Below are positions 1 to 16,700 of a stretch of 64,000 nucleotides of DNA, in pieces. The position numbers and the translations under genes are program-made. The first letter of the stretch is position 1. Every line of letters begins with the position of its first letter. Below the pieces are notes generated by a model that was given only the letters and a program-made list of their open reading frames with translations, was not told the DNA's origin and did no database searches. The stretch is from contig CM106586.1 in the NCBI GenBank assembly GCA_048013815.1, positions 4,154,001-4,218,000 on the forward strand, read 5' to 3'. The stretch comes from Setoptus koraiensis. Lineage: Eukaryota; Animalia; Arthropoda.

Positions 1-2
1 AC

Positions 3-113
3 AATGGCCCTACAACTGGTTCAGCAAACATCCGACAGGGCCGCGCTACTGGCTCCCTTCATACGCGCAGAGAAAGCTACGGGCGCCGCCCTCTCGGCGG
101 CGAATCAAACTGA
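3..113 (+). CDS. Possible 3' end of an upstream gene (partial, unidentified)
   Basis: Frame 3 is open from the window edge to TGA at 111-113 (NGPTTGSANIRQGRATGSLHTRRESYGRRPLGGESN*), followed by AATAAA at 201-206. No recognisable homology. Confidence 0.2.
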   Translation, partial: NGPTTGSANIRQGRATGSLHTRRESYGRRPLGGESN

Positions 114-362
114 CAGTGGGTCACTGAAAATAGCGCACACAGTACACGTACGCTCGAGCACACTAGCGCACATTGTAGGCTCTGCGATGTGCAGCGACTG
201 AATAAAAAGAGAGAAGGGTGTGTACGCTTTTGGCCAAACGCAGACACACCTATCAGTGTATTATTATTATTGTATTATTATTATTTTTTATTTTTGCCTT
301 AAATTAAAGATCTTATTAATATCATCATCATTCGGCATTATTGGACGGCAAAAGGATGAAGC

Positions 363-1039
363 ATGGATGGTAATAACGGAAACAATAATAATAACGGTAG
401 CGGTGGTCAAAGATTGCAGAAGTATGTTTGTGATTTTGAAGGTTGCAATAAATCATATGGGAAACGCTCTCACTTGACATGCCATTGGAGAACTCATACG
501 GGTAAGTCAGTTTTTTTTCTTTCTACTCAAGACACTATCGACAATCTCATCTATGTATGGCACTAATTTTGATTTTATATATATATATATATTTCTTTAA
601 TCACTTAGGTGAAAGACCATTTGAGTGCCATTGTGGTAAGAGGTTTACTCGATCCGATGAATTAGCACGCCATTTCAGAACTCACACAGGAGAAAAAAAA
701 TTTGCTTGCCCCTATTGCCCTAAAAGATTTATGCGTAGTGATCACCTTACTAAACATGCCAAAAGGCATCCTGAATTCTCTCAAAATGAATTTATGAGCG
801 CTAGAAAAAGGCAATCAAACGACGTAATAGATTGCGACTCTATGCTGCATCAAGTGCAAGTTCAGATCACCCCACAACAACCGCCTCAGAAGAGCAAGAT
901 TTTCTTGCCTACCAACGATTCAAATCTTAAGCACGAATTGTCTGCGACATCGCTTTTGGCTTGGTCTCCTAAAACCTATTCCAATAATAGCAAAAAAACA
1001 TCATCGTCTTTGGAGGCTTCTGTACCTATCACCAGTTGA
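363..1039 (+). CDS. Kruppel-like factor (KLF9/10/11/13, cabut-like subgroup), 3 C2H2 fingers, ~189 aa, 2 exons
   Basis: Exons 363-501 and 609-1039; intron 502-608 has G|GTAAGT ... TCACTTAG|. The join gives [80 protein letters not shown], with the KLF-typical RSDEL and RSDHL recognition helices. An in-frame stop lies just upstream of ATG 363; an extra 5' exon cannot be excluded. Confidence 0.85.
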
Positions 1040-2465
1040 CTAATAGATTCTGTGATTTAGGTATCGAGTGGAAGTTGGTGTATAAATGTCTATCAGTTAA
1101 ATCATTAAAAAGTCCCAAATCATGATAAATATCGCTCGTCTTCTGATAATCCACTGTTAATTGTTTCACACCGTCATATAAGCTCTGGGCTGTCCGCAGA
1201 AGGTCTTTATCTACGTTTATTTGTGTACGTGATTGAGCTCCACCATTTATACAGCCTGATGGGCATGCCATCACCTCAACGTAGTCGTATTTCAAACCAT
1301 TTCGTTTGAACCTCTGAACGAGAGTCTGTATATTCCTGAATCCGTTGACGACAGCAAATCTAAGAAGAGGTTTCTCGGACGCTGACTGAGAATTGAATAA
1401 TTCCAACTCAACAAAGTCGCTGTTTCGACAAATAGTGCGTCTGATGTCAGGTATAACGTCAGGAAATAGTATTTGAGCTGCACAAGTTAGTATATTTTGT
1501 GCGTAACCACCCGAGCTTGATCCCGGGTGAGATGTTAATGATGACATTTCTTTCAGTAAGGCCAGAGGATGGGGGAGAGTGTCAAGTTTTCTTCTATTTA
1601 GGCTCATCAATGTCACCTCTTCTCTTTCCATTATTGATTCTATTTCGATAGGAGTAAGGACTAGATCCACATCTTTAGATCCATCTTGAGAATCTTGGAA
1701 ATCTTCTCTAGATGCCTCGAGCTTTTTATCAAAGCAAGGCATGATCGTTACGTGATAAATCTTCTTCGCATTAGTAATTATTTGGTCTGGCATGGGCAAA
1801 CGTTTGAGGAGGCTGGCCATAATTTGTTGAGGGCTTTTAACACGGCTCAATTTTGGAATAAGCAGCTCACCATGAGTCTTCTCCACATAACAGACCCAAC
1901 CAGGACAGGTAGAGTTAAGAACTGGCAGGTTGTTTTCTTTGAATTTATCAACAAATTCTCTAGTCGACTCTAATAGACTTATGTGTCGAGCTAGATTTAT
2001 ATCGTAAATTTTGTTACATCCCAGGGATACAAGAAAAGAGGCCAAACGCTCAGCTGTTTCTTGCATGGTCATTTCATTTTTAGCTGCCAATGAAGCTATA
2101 CTCTGCAATGAGAGGGAAACAATTATCTCCTTTCGTTCTGGCTCCTGGATAATGGATGGATTTAGAAAGTGGAAAAATATATATTAATTACAGGCTCATC
2201 AATAGAAGGGGATTTGTCACTGAGAGAAGCAACTCACCTTGGACATTTTATTATCATTGATAACCTTGAATAGCTCTTCATGATTTTGTTGTTCTACCAA
2301 TATGGATTCAGATGATGTGATACAACCACTGCACGCCAGACAGTCTCCCAGATTTATATCTAATTTTTTGGAAACGGCGCCTGCTTCGGGCCGCTTAACA
2401 GGTTTTATGCAGGCAGTTGATGGATGAATAAAGTCGTTCAGATCCCCAAGGGTAACGGCAGACAT
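1029..2465 (-). CDS. CIAO3: Cytosolic Fe-S cluster assembly factor NARFL/IOP1 (Nar1 family), ~447 aa, 2 exons
   Basis: Exon 1 is 2465-2238 ([23 protein letters not shown]...[10 protein letters not shown]). Phase-0 intron 2237-2145 (AAG|GTGAGT ... CCAG|). Exon 2 is 2144-1029 with [34 protein letters not shown] and the family's terminal Trp. Confidence 0.93.
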
Positions 2466-4471
2466 GGCTGTAATAATAATGTAACGATGTAATAATGACG
2501 TAACAATAATAATGTAATAATTATGATGTATATCTAATAATTGTTTACCTTTTTTTGGCATAATAAAGCATGCGTCAGGATGTGTGACCAAAGGGCTAAT
2601 CCATCGTGTGTACATGTGCAGTACAAATTTCATCCGCCAGGTCTCGATCTTGACCGGAGCATAAGGATCGCAGTGCACTTTGCTGACAATGAGATAGTTA
2701 GGGCGGAGGGGCAACTTGTGATCTCTTTTGATAGCGCACCACTCCTCTACTGGTGTCGAGCGAGAAAAAATATTCCAATTTAGAAAGGTGAGGCTGAGAG
2801 CGATCTAGACATGAGACCCATTTCTATGAATGGATAGCATCATGAATGGTAATACTTTTCTTCTTCATGAACAATTTGTAGAAATTACTTCCTGGAAGAG
2901 TGACGCTATTGTGGGAACGGAATGAGGCATCATGGTCTGTCTGGCCAAATTCAAACAGAACTGAGCCTGGCAAGGTTGAGCAAAGATCGAAAGGGTGTCA
3001 TTCCCATCATCAGGGGAATGGTTACATTCTGGGGATTGAGACATCTCCGACAGCTCTGGTATCAGGCTGAGATTCAAGATCCCGTCTGAACTGTAAAGAC
3101 ACACAAAGGATAAACGTCTGTGTGTCGGAGTGAGCGAATCAAAAGAGAAAATCCACTTAGGTACAATCTGGATCAGGATGGATGTTTGTTGGGTTATAAC
3201 CGCCATTGAGGCGTTTTGTTGCTTTGGGCCGGGCGATCGGTCCTATCAGTTTGAATTTTTTAGTTTTGTTTTTCTTTTTCATTGAAAACTACAAGGCCAA
3301 AAATTTCCATTTAGACGCGTTCTTCCAATGGAGATTCCATGTACCCAGGGCGTGCTAATTTTCACAATACAATCGTTTCAAACAACCATTAGCTCTATCA
3401 TATAGGACAAACGACAAGCTTTCTTCTTCCAAAATGGCTAGGGTGAAATTTTTCACTAAATGCAAAGTAATAGTGTACGTGTAAAATCGAGCACGACCTA
3501 GATAAGAGCAGATTGTGTGATACGGAATCAACCAGAGCAAAGTAGCTTCCTTTAAAAGCTATCATTTCTCCAACTCGAGTACTGTTAGGTCCCTGCATTG
3601 GGTCCCAGATAAAATATCGGCTAGCCAGACTCACTTTATCTAATATGCATGTCAAGAGATAAAGAAAAGTCCAACTATGACTTTGGACGCTGATATCAGG
3701 ATATTTGGTGTTGCTTTTTGACTTTTGATCTGGTTGAATGCCGGTGAGCAGGCACTGATAGCTTTTCCACTCGATTAAATTATATAGAGTTCGATTGATA
3801 AAATCAATCGAGCTCACATAGTTAGGGCACATTGCGACGGTTGAACTAACGCAAACAGTGCGGCCAGCGCAAATGGATTTTCGCCTCAAATGACAATAAT
3901 GACATTATGTAATAAATGCAACTCAATGAATATACGCTGTTTGTTGTTGTTGTTCTTCTTCTGGTGCAAATCAACAAAATTCATATTAGACTTGATTACG
4001 TCCATTTAAATCATCGCCCATTAAGATGCGCCCTTATTTCGTCTCAATTTATCGCCAGTTATGCAGATAACGTTCGCGTAGATAAGACAAGTCAATGGCT
4101 AGAAGACGAGGCTGGAAAATCGCTGCACTAGACAATTTTTCCTTGTGAATTTCGCCCAGGGTTCACTGGGTTCTTTTCTGGGAAACATAAAATAACCCTC
4201 ACGCTGAATCGATATAATGTTGCCTTGTTAGATAACAAGATCGTGACCGCCAATATGGGAACTTTCGCGGTTTGATGTCACCTTGAACATCATCGAGACG
4301 TTGACTGTCGCAGTAAGGCTATTTATATCACAAAAATACTAATTTTGTGCTCATGAATAACGAGTAAACACATTAAGACTGCCACTCGTCCTTTACATAT
4401 ACATATACATATACATGATGATAAATGCAATTTATTTATTACTAATTTAAGTTTTATCAAGCACCTTCAAA

Positions 4472-5434
4472 TTAATCTTGCTTCATGCTCTGATGAAGTC
4501 TGCCATTGGAGTGACTTGCGTCGTGATTCAAGCCTTGCGATTGATCGCTTGAAGTCTTTCGAGACGGCTGCGAACCAGTTTGTATCTGAGACAATCTTCT
4601 AACGCCTATTTGCACTTGTTGTGATATACGTCTGCCAACATTTTGAGCCACTCTCACTGTTTGTTTGCCGTAATTTTCAATGTAAAATTTAGTGAACAAA
4701 TATATGAACACAAACGAAAAGAATATGTTTATGTAGAGGAAGGTGACGGGAAATTTGCAGCCTGGAATGAATATGGGGTAGGTTGAAACTGCTATCATTA
4801 TAATAAATTGAACTATTTGGAATTGAGTAAGAAACTTTTTCCATCCAAGATACGGGTGCAGCGATTTGTATGTAGCCAAAAAGTAATAGCTATACATTAC
4901 TGTGTGTATAAATGAGTTTAAGAATGGAAATATACCAGAATTTCCTCCTGCGGCAAACTTGACAAAGAACCAAACGGCCATGGGTACGGAAAAATGATGA
5001 AATACATGGAAGCCACTTATTTGACGCGTCTTTTTTCTCAATACAAAACAAATTGTATCAATGAATTCTACCACTCTTGATATTAGAAATATCCATCCAT
5101 ATTGAATGATCATCATTGAGTGTTCGTCTCTGGCCTCGTAATTGATCGGTCTGCAGCCGACGGTGTCCAAGCCGAAATTGAGTAACTTACAGGCCATGTA
5201 GAAACCGTAACCATTGTATAGGACCATCAAAAAATTGTAGCACCTGATGAAGCCAAGCAGCTCGTAGGGCTTCTTGTCGCGCATGAGTCCCGGCCCCATT
5301 ACTTTGACGAACCACAGGTAGGCCAAGCAAAACGACACTATCCACCAGGGATGTTTCATCAGGGGATAGTTGGCGACCCTGGGATCGCCGTGTTTTTCGA
5401 AAAACTCCAGCGAGTAGTATCTTAAGGTGTCCAT
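4472..5434 (-). CDS. ELOVL: Very-long-chain fatty acid elongase (ELOVL1/7-like), intronless, ~320 aa
   Basis: First ATG at 5434 (MDTLRYY...GDPRVANYPLM); the frame is open for another 30 codons upstream. It has the HxxHH motif FHVFHH, plus FLNSFIHTVMYSYY, KKFLTQFQIVQF and multiple hydrophobic segments. Confidence 0.93.
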   Translation of the reverse strand: MDTLRYYSLEFFEKHGDPRVANYPLMKHPWWIVSFCLAYLWFVKVMGPGLMRDKKPYELLGFIRCYNFLMVLYNGYGFYMACKLLNFGLDTVGCRPINYEARDEHSMMIIQYGWIFLISRVVEFIDTICFVLRKKTRQISGFHVFHHFSVPMAVWFFVKFAAGGNSGIFPFLNSFIHTVMYSYYFLATYKSLHPYLGWKKFLTQFQIVQFIIMIAVSTYPIFIPGCKFPVTFLYINIFFSFVFIYLFTKFYIENYGKQTVRVAQNVGRRISQQVQIGVRRLSQIQTGSQPSRKTSSDQSQGLNHDASHSNGRLHQSMKQD

Positions 5435-8400
5435 GACTGCTGCTTGATGTTTTCTTGCACTACTCACAATTTGCGCTTTTTCTATTGTATTGTCAACAGT
5501 TACTACTTTTTGACCACTTTTCACTGGCTACTTTTTGCGAAATAGTTGTATGGCTGTGTGTACTTGACGACACAAAACTTCATAACTTCAAATCAGAACC
5601 GTATTGTTTGATCGATTAGTTTATTTTGGAACGTTTGGTACGTTGAATGAATTCGATGTTTCGCTGATGCCAGATCACTCGCAACTGAAGAAGAAGAACA
5701 AGTTGTACTAAATTGATTAATTCAACTTGATGTTTGTGCCGAAGGAAGTAACCACAGTCACAACATAATTGACGGTCGGATAGTGCCTCGTTATATTGTT
5801 TGCAACTGCAACATACGCTGCCTGAGACAGTGTAATGCAACTATTCAGCATCTCTAATTAGCTAATCTAAAGGGTTGTGGCTTGATATCGCCAAGATGCC
5901 AGGCAGACGGATTGCGTTTACGCGAATCGTGATTGCAAACAAGGTGCGATCAGCGAGCTGCTGTAGTTCACGTATCAATTTAAAGGTGCCTGTTGTTTGC
6001 ACAGTGTATCTTGAAACAAATGATGATGATGGCGATGATCCAGCGAGACCTTAAATGATCATCAGCAAGACGCTTGTAGTGTGTGTGTCAAAGTTGAATT
6101 AGACCCCAGTTAGAACTTGATTTTCCTTCTTGCGACAAACTAGCTTGTCATTAATTGTTTGCACTCACTTGTAGTATTGAACACCGCGATGGAATTAGTT
6201 AGGCGCGCGCTCGCGTATCGCATTTGTTGGTGCCATTTGGTGGCTTGCTAAGACACTGTTTGCTAGATATAAAGATGATAAATCATTGATGGTGACTTTA
6301 TCCGATGGTAAAAGCCCAAAGCGACTAGTGCTAGTGTGATAAACACAGTGTTAGGTCTATGACTTTCGCTTGCTTTAGATGTAATCGACCGTGTCTTGTC
6401 TCGTAATGAAACAACAACATCGTCGTCATAATTATCAAATAGAGAAGTATACATAAGTAATCAATTATGCACCAACAAATCAACGTGTTACTTTTTCACC
6501 TTAATCTCACGTTATCTCTCACGCTACAGGTAAGCATGCCTAGATGCGTGCTAACGAGCCCTGTCTGTTGTATCTATATTCTTCTCTATTTCTTTTGCGA
6601 TATAATATAAAATAAAATGTGTGATGCAAAGCTCGGATTTGTTTTCAAATTTGAAATGTCTCTCACTCTGTTTCTTCGAATGTAAACACACAGTTCTCAT
6701 ATTAATAATATCACATACACTGTTGAAGGCTATCCGCTTAAAGAGACAAATAGCTTGTTTTACCTGTTGCTGCTGCTGCTGCCGCTGCTGATGTGTCCCT
6801 TCGTCGATGTCGACTAATACAACATGCAAAAGAGGTTATCTAAAAGTTTTCCGCCAGTTTGTTGCATCCATCTTGTTGACGAGAGCGATTTTTTTTTTGT
6901 CATAGTATCAGCGCACAATAATCAGCACTATCCTTGTACGTCATCTTCTAAAACGTTACGTGTTGTAGCAAGTAAATTGCATAATGGTAAATCCACTAAC
7001 ATCAATGCCAATCAGAGCCTGATAAAACCGAATAAATAAACCCACTCTCATAAATTGAAGGCATTGAAGAATTAAATCACTTGACTCGACAATCAGATCC
7101 CATTGTCTTTGCATATCGATCGTTTCTCACTCTCATACAACTATCAACTTACTCTTACAAGTTGTTAGAGGGGCCAGATTGTTCGGTCGGTTTGAATGAT
7201 AACAAGTTTGAATGGACGTTATTTAATCGGTTTAATCAACACTTGTCATTGCAAGTGTGAAGATGCATGCGGCTGGAAAGCTCAAGATGCTTCGAGTGTC
7301 TACTCAAATTTATGTGCTCAACCTCTTGAAAATTTCAATCTTGTGCTGCGTGTGGTTGCTGGTGTTTATTTGGCTGGATAAGATAAAACTGACAATAGAT
7401 GGTATCACTTGAATGGTTTAAACTTGAGTTCTAGTTGCACAATTGTAACACAGCGATACAAATCGCACAATTGATGACCTGTTATCACGCTGGAGTGCTG
7501 TTAGTAAGAATATTCTTAGATTACACAAAAGAAAAAAAAACTTGTTGATAATTTGACGAAACGTACGACTGCAACTACAGTCAGCTGAATCAGCTTGACA
7601 CAGGCTTGAACTGGCAATTCGGGATCGCGAGAAAACGAGTAACAAAATCAGATGAGTATAACTGTCTTACACAAGATATCACAATCAGCACACAACACCG
7701 TTTTACACACATCTACCATTTATTAGTTATAATTAATTAATTTGCTTGCAACGTAATAACTTGTTTCGCCGCCATTCTCGTATACACATGATAACGGCAG
7801 CACATACAGTGAACGTTGAGCACAGATATTTATTTTTTGTTGATTGTTCATCCAACTTGGATAATCCAAGTGACGATATCGATAGAGCCTTGCCAATATA
7901 ATTATTTTCTCTTGTTAGTTGTTCAACCTTCAATCGATGAGTCATTCCGATTTTTGCTTGCCTCTCTCAATCTCTAGCAAGAATTATAAACTCTTTGGTG
8001 AGCACCACGTGAGAATTGGCCCGTAAAACCTGCTAACACAGGTAAATATTTTGTAATAAGGAAGGGAGAATCTAACAGTACAGTACAGTATATGTATAGC
8101 ATAAATTCCCAATAGCGGGATTCCCTAAATCCCATCATTTGTCTGGGTTTCATAGCGGTTATTTACAGTGCATCACAGTGCTGAGATGCTGATTTGCAAA
8201 AACCAATTGACATTGGTGGCGGCGACAATTTTTGCTTGGCTCGAGCAATTTTCTCAGAACAACATGGGGTTTTATGTCGTTGTGAATCTGAATGTTTGAA
8301 AACTGCACTGACTCATACCGCACAACATGGTGCCCGTCTCAGAAACAATTTTCATGCAGTCAACATACTACTTGAATGTGCAAAATAAGTAGCGGATAAT

Positions 8401-9497
8401 TAAAACACCCATGATGTAACTGCTATAATCATGACCAACCTGACAAGGTTCCAACTTTTTATTTTCAGTCCACAGTCTAGATTTTAATTTTGTCTGTAAC
8501 TTACGGTCGCACGTACCGACGGCGTGTGTTTCTGTGGCAAATAAAAGCATTGATTGTTCGCAAAATAGACACATATTTGGCTCTGTCCATCATGCTTGAG
8601 GGCCTCGACAACGCAACAAAACAATCTGGCCAGTGGCCGAAAATCGCAACTCTAAACTGATCGATATTAGTGGCCGCATTGTTTTGTTTTATTTTCGAAG
8701 CCCCAGATTAATCAGTCTTTCTATTAGAGCAGTTCTGGGGGTCTGTTCGAAAAGCTGATGCACCAGTTCTAGTCACCACTCAGCGGCTTGCTAGCTACAT
8801 TGGTATTATTCATTTATTATAAATAAATGATATTATAAATAAATGAATTAATGTATAACAATGCTACTTAATTGTTGCATCAATAGTTGAGATGTGATGT
8901 TCAAATATGCAAATCAATATATTGTCTCGATACTAGCATACATGAGCAATCATGGTTGCTGAGGTTTTCATTGAACTGTGCACGGAGGTAGCCAACAAGA
9001 ATGGCATAGGTTTGCCATAGGTGCGCCCAAGTGAGGCGTATTGGTTACATAACCATAGCAACTGAAATATTTGCAAACTGTCCATGTAAATGCTCTATGC
9101 AAATGAAAGAATCTTTCAATGTAGTTTATTTTTCTTGTACTTGTACCTTTATGGCACCACAATTATGTATAATAGCGACCACAATGTGAATACAATATTT
9201 TCCATATAGTAATAATGCGCGAATATTTTTATTTTTATTAATTTTATATCAGCACAAATTGAAAAGAAAAGCAGGGAGCCCCCTGGTTGTAACGTCCGTC
9301 ATCAACATACATGATAAGAGGTGATTATTCGAGAAGGCAGCATCACGTTTTCTATTATTAGATTGTGTTAGAATCAATTGTTTTCGTGGCAATCACGCAA
9401 CGACCAGAAAATAGACATTTTAGCGCAACATAGACCGACAGTTTCATCATAGTCTCACTCAATATAATATAATCAATCGACAGCAACAGTAGTTATT

Positions 9498-13715
<4,218 letters not shown>

Positions 13716-16700
13716 ACCATTGTGTTATTGTTGTTGCTGTTGCTGCTGTTGTTGTTGCTGTTATGTAATGTTTTAAAAAGAATTGTTGGCTGGCCGGTGG
13801 GTCGCCCGATGGCCAGTATATATAAATGTGGCCGGCCAGCCAGCCAGCGACTGGACACACAGCGAAAGTCACTCGCTGGCCGGGGCCCCATTCAAAGCGA
13901 GGTGAAGACGAATAGAGTGGCGTGGCACGGGGGCTGCCCTTCAAAGGGATCAGTCAAACAACAGCCAGCGCTAACAACAAAGCCGCCTCTAACAATGATG
14001 ACGGCTACATAATGAGAGATGCCAGGCACGTTATTTTTGTTGCCAGTCTTGTCATTATGAGCCGGCCCCAGTTGCCAGCCTGGGCCGGCTGACTGGCCCC
14101 TTTTCAGCCCCTTTTTGGCCCCGTTGCGTGCCCAGTCGGCGTTCCCGTGGCCGTGGCCGCGGCCCCTCCCCGTCGGACCCCATTTTGGTGTTGCGTAACG
14201 ATGATGATAGTTCGATGAGTTGTTGTTGTCGCTGTTGTTGTTGCAGTTGCAGTTGCAGTTGTTGTTGTCGTTGTTGCTCAGGCAGAAATTGAAGTTTAGC
14301 CGGGCCCCGCCAAAAGAGGCGCCTTCGTAAGCACCGGCGACGACAACAACAGCAGCAACAACAACACGGCGACATCAGCGCCGCCACCATCAAGCCAAGG
14401 CCACACAAACAACGGCGGCACAAAGGAGCACCACAACACCAAAGAAGAAGTTGCCAAAACAAAAATGGCGACACCAACAGCGGCGCCAAAAAGATTATGA
14501 TTTGATCGCGCACTGAAGCGCCCCCTTGCGCCGGCCCCAACGTCGTTTATGGGGCGCCCCGAACAACAAAACGAGCAACTGGGCCAACCAATCTAAGGCG
14601 CACTCACACACAATGGCGCAACCCAATAGCCCATTCAATGCCCCCCCCCTCCGTAATAGTTAATGTCGTTGACGCACAAGCCCCCCCCCCCGCCCGCCCG
14701 AACAACAACGACAACAACAAGTTCCTTTCTTGGGGCGCCCACGTCCTCGTGTGTGTGTTTTCGAGTGTTTCCAGTTGGGGCGCCACACGAAACGCAAGCC
14801 ATCAAGTGGCTCGAGCCGCAAACTGTCCGGAGGGGCCCGCCTAAGGAGAGCGAGCGAGTGTGAGTGCGCGCACAAAGCCAGTGCAGGGGGGGGGGGCACT
14901 CGGAAGCCGGAGTCACGTATAAGTTGGCAAATAAATAATACTAGTCAATTGCTTTCTCGCTGTCTGTCTGTCTCTTGTGTAATTCTCTACGCGCGCATTT
15001 AAATCCGACAAAATTCCCTGCCAAGACAACGACAAACACGCGCACGCACGGCGGCGCCCGCGAAACAAGCCAAAGAGGCGCACCAGCCGAAGAAGCGAGC
15101 CAACCAGCCAGCCAAAGAGGCCCAAAAAGAGCGCACATTGATTTTGGGGCGCACATAAAATTGAATTGGAACGGCAGTTGTTTCAATGGTGCTTGTTGTT
15201 GCATGGCTGGCAAGCGAATTGTAAGCCACCATTGTTTATCTCGCTCACTTATCTGTCAGTCGGCCGGCCGAGTGTTTTGGTGTCTAGTTATTTTGCCATT
15301 GTCGCCTGCCCCAAATCCAGTGCGGGGCCCCGCGGTGCAACAACCGCCCAGCCGACGCGCCTCGGCGTATTTAAGTCACAGTTATCGCCGAGATGCTGAT
15401 ACAGATTTACAGGCGAAACATTGCGATTTTTTGCTCGTGCTTGTGTTCGCTCGGGCGCCGGCAAGTCGGCTGATGTTGCAACAGCAACAACGACAAATAA
15501 ATTTGCGCAAATTCACACGAGCGTATCCAGCGTGACATGTGCGGCCCAGGCACGTTCACCCGAGCCGCCGGGGGCCGGCCGGGCCCCACCGACCGACCCG
15601 CCGACAAACGAGCCCCAGCCCGGCGAATCGCGCCAAACAAATAGCGCGCACAGCCAGCATTTGTCGCAGGCCGGTCACGTTGCGCCGGCCGGGAGGCGCG
15701 GGCCAGATTTTGCGCTCGCTCGCAACAATCCACGGGCTCCATTTCGCTAATTGGCCCGGCTAATCATTAATTATTACCAGCCAATTCGGGCCGATTCCGG
15801 CCAATCCGGCCAATCCGGCCAATCCGGCCAATCCGGCCAGCTCGGCCAATTCGGCCAATTCGCCTTCTCTTATGATGCGGCGTCCATCGAGACACAGACA
15901 AAAAACTTGTTGTCGGTGTTTCGGCCGGTGGCCGCACGTCGGCGCGCACACGAACACAGGGCGCCCCCGCAAATGTTGTCAGCGGGCAAGCGGCGCCGGC
16001 AGCGTCCGTTGGGCCCGTCGAGCGACCCGAAAATGATTGCTCCCGAAGTGAATGGTCAACTTGTGTCGAGTGGCGCCAATTTGTTTCTGTCGCTCGCTCT
16101 CGTTGGGGCCCGCGTTTAGGTGAGTCGTGCCATTCGGCAGCAAAATAATTAGTCGGCGCTGACGGTGTCTCGCATGATGCGATTCGTTTGCATTTAGGGG
16201 TCTGGCGTGTCCATTTGGCCCATTGGCTATTACTTATTGCATGGTTTATTATTACTTATTATGGTTGCCAGCGACGCGAGTGCTAATAACGATAATCATT
16301 TTTGTACAATGAACAATTACACACACACGACAATTATTTTGGTGCAAACGAGCGACAAACAAGCAGTTTGTTTGCTTGTTTGTTTGTAACAAGCAACCAA
16401 AACACCAGCATACCAGCGCCACATAGTAGTGGCGCCGGCCAATTAATGTTTGATAAACATTAATTAAACAGTGGCGATTGCGTTGCATAACAGCATCATG
16501 CGTAATAGCTGTCTGAAACAACAAGCCATTTCGTGCCCCCAACTGATCCCATTGCCGTCAAACGTTGGCTATCAAACGGCGCCCATCAAACGGTGGCCAG
16601 TTGCACGAGCAAGCCAGCAGTCCAAAATAGCGCTCGTTGTCAGGTTACGTCATACACGACGACCAATGTTATGCGATTATTACGACACAAAAATAAATGC

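Noticed and set aside
4-201. 65-aa ORF as an N-terminal exon of the KLF (AALL resembling a Sin3-interaction motif)
   Set aside because: Poor match to the KLF SID consensus, it ends in its own stop followed by AATAAA, and no clear donor links it to exon 363.
2466-2714. Upstream extension of the CIAO3 ORF in the ORF track
   Set aside because: Family homology starts at the ATG at 2465. The extension includes an AT-rich low-complexity stretch and has no family similarity.
5525-9480. Short ORFs and two plus-strand donors (CAG|GTAAGC ~6530, CAG|GTAAAT ~8042) between ELOVL and the orphan gene
   Set aside because: There are no motifs or consistent exon chain. They may be UTR exons but this cannot be supported from sequence alone.
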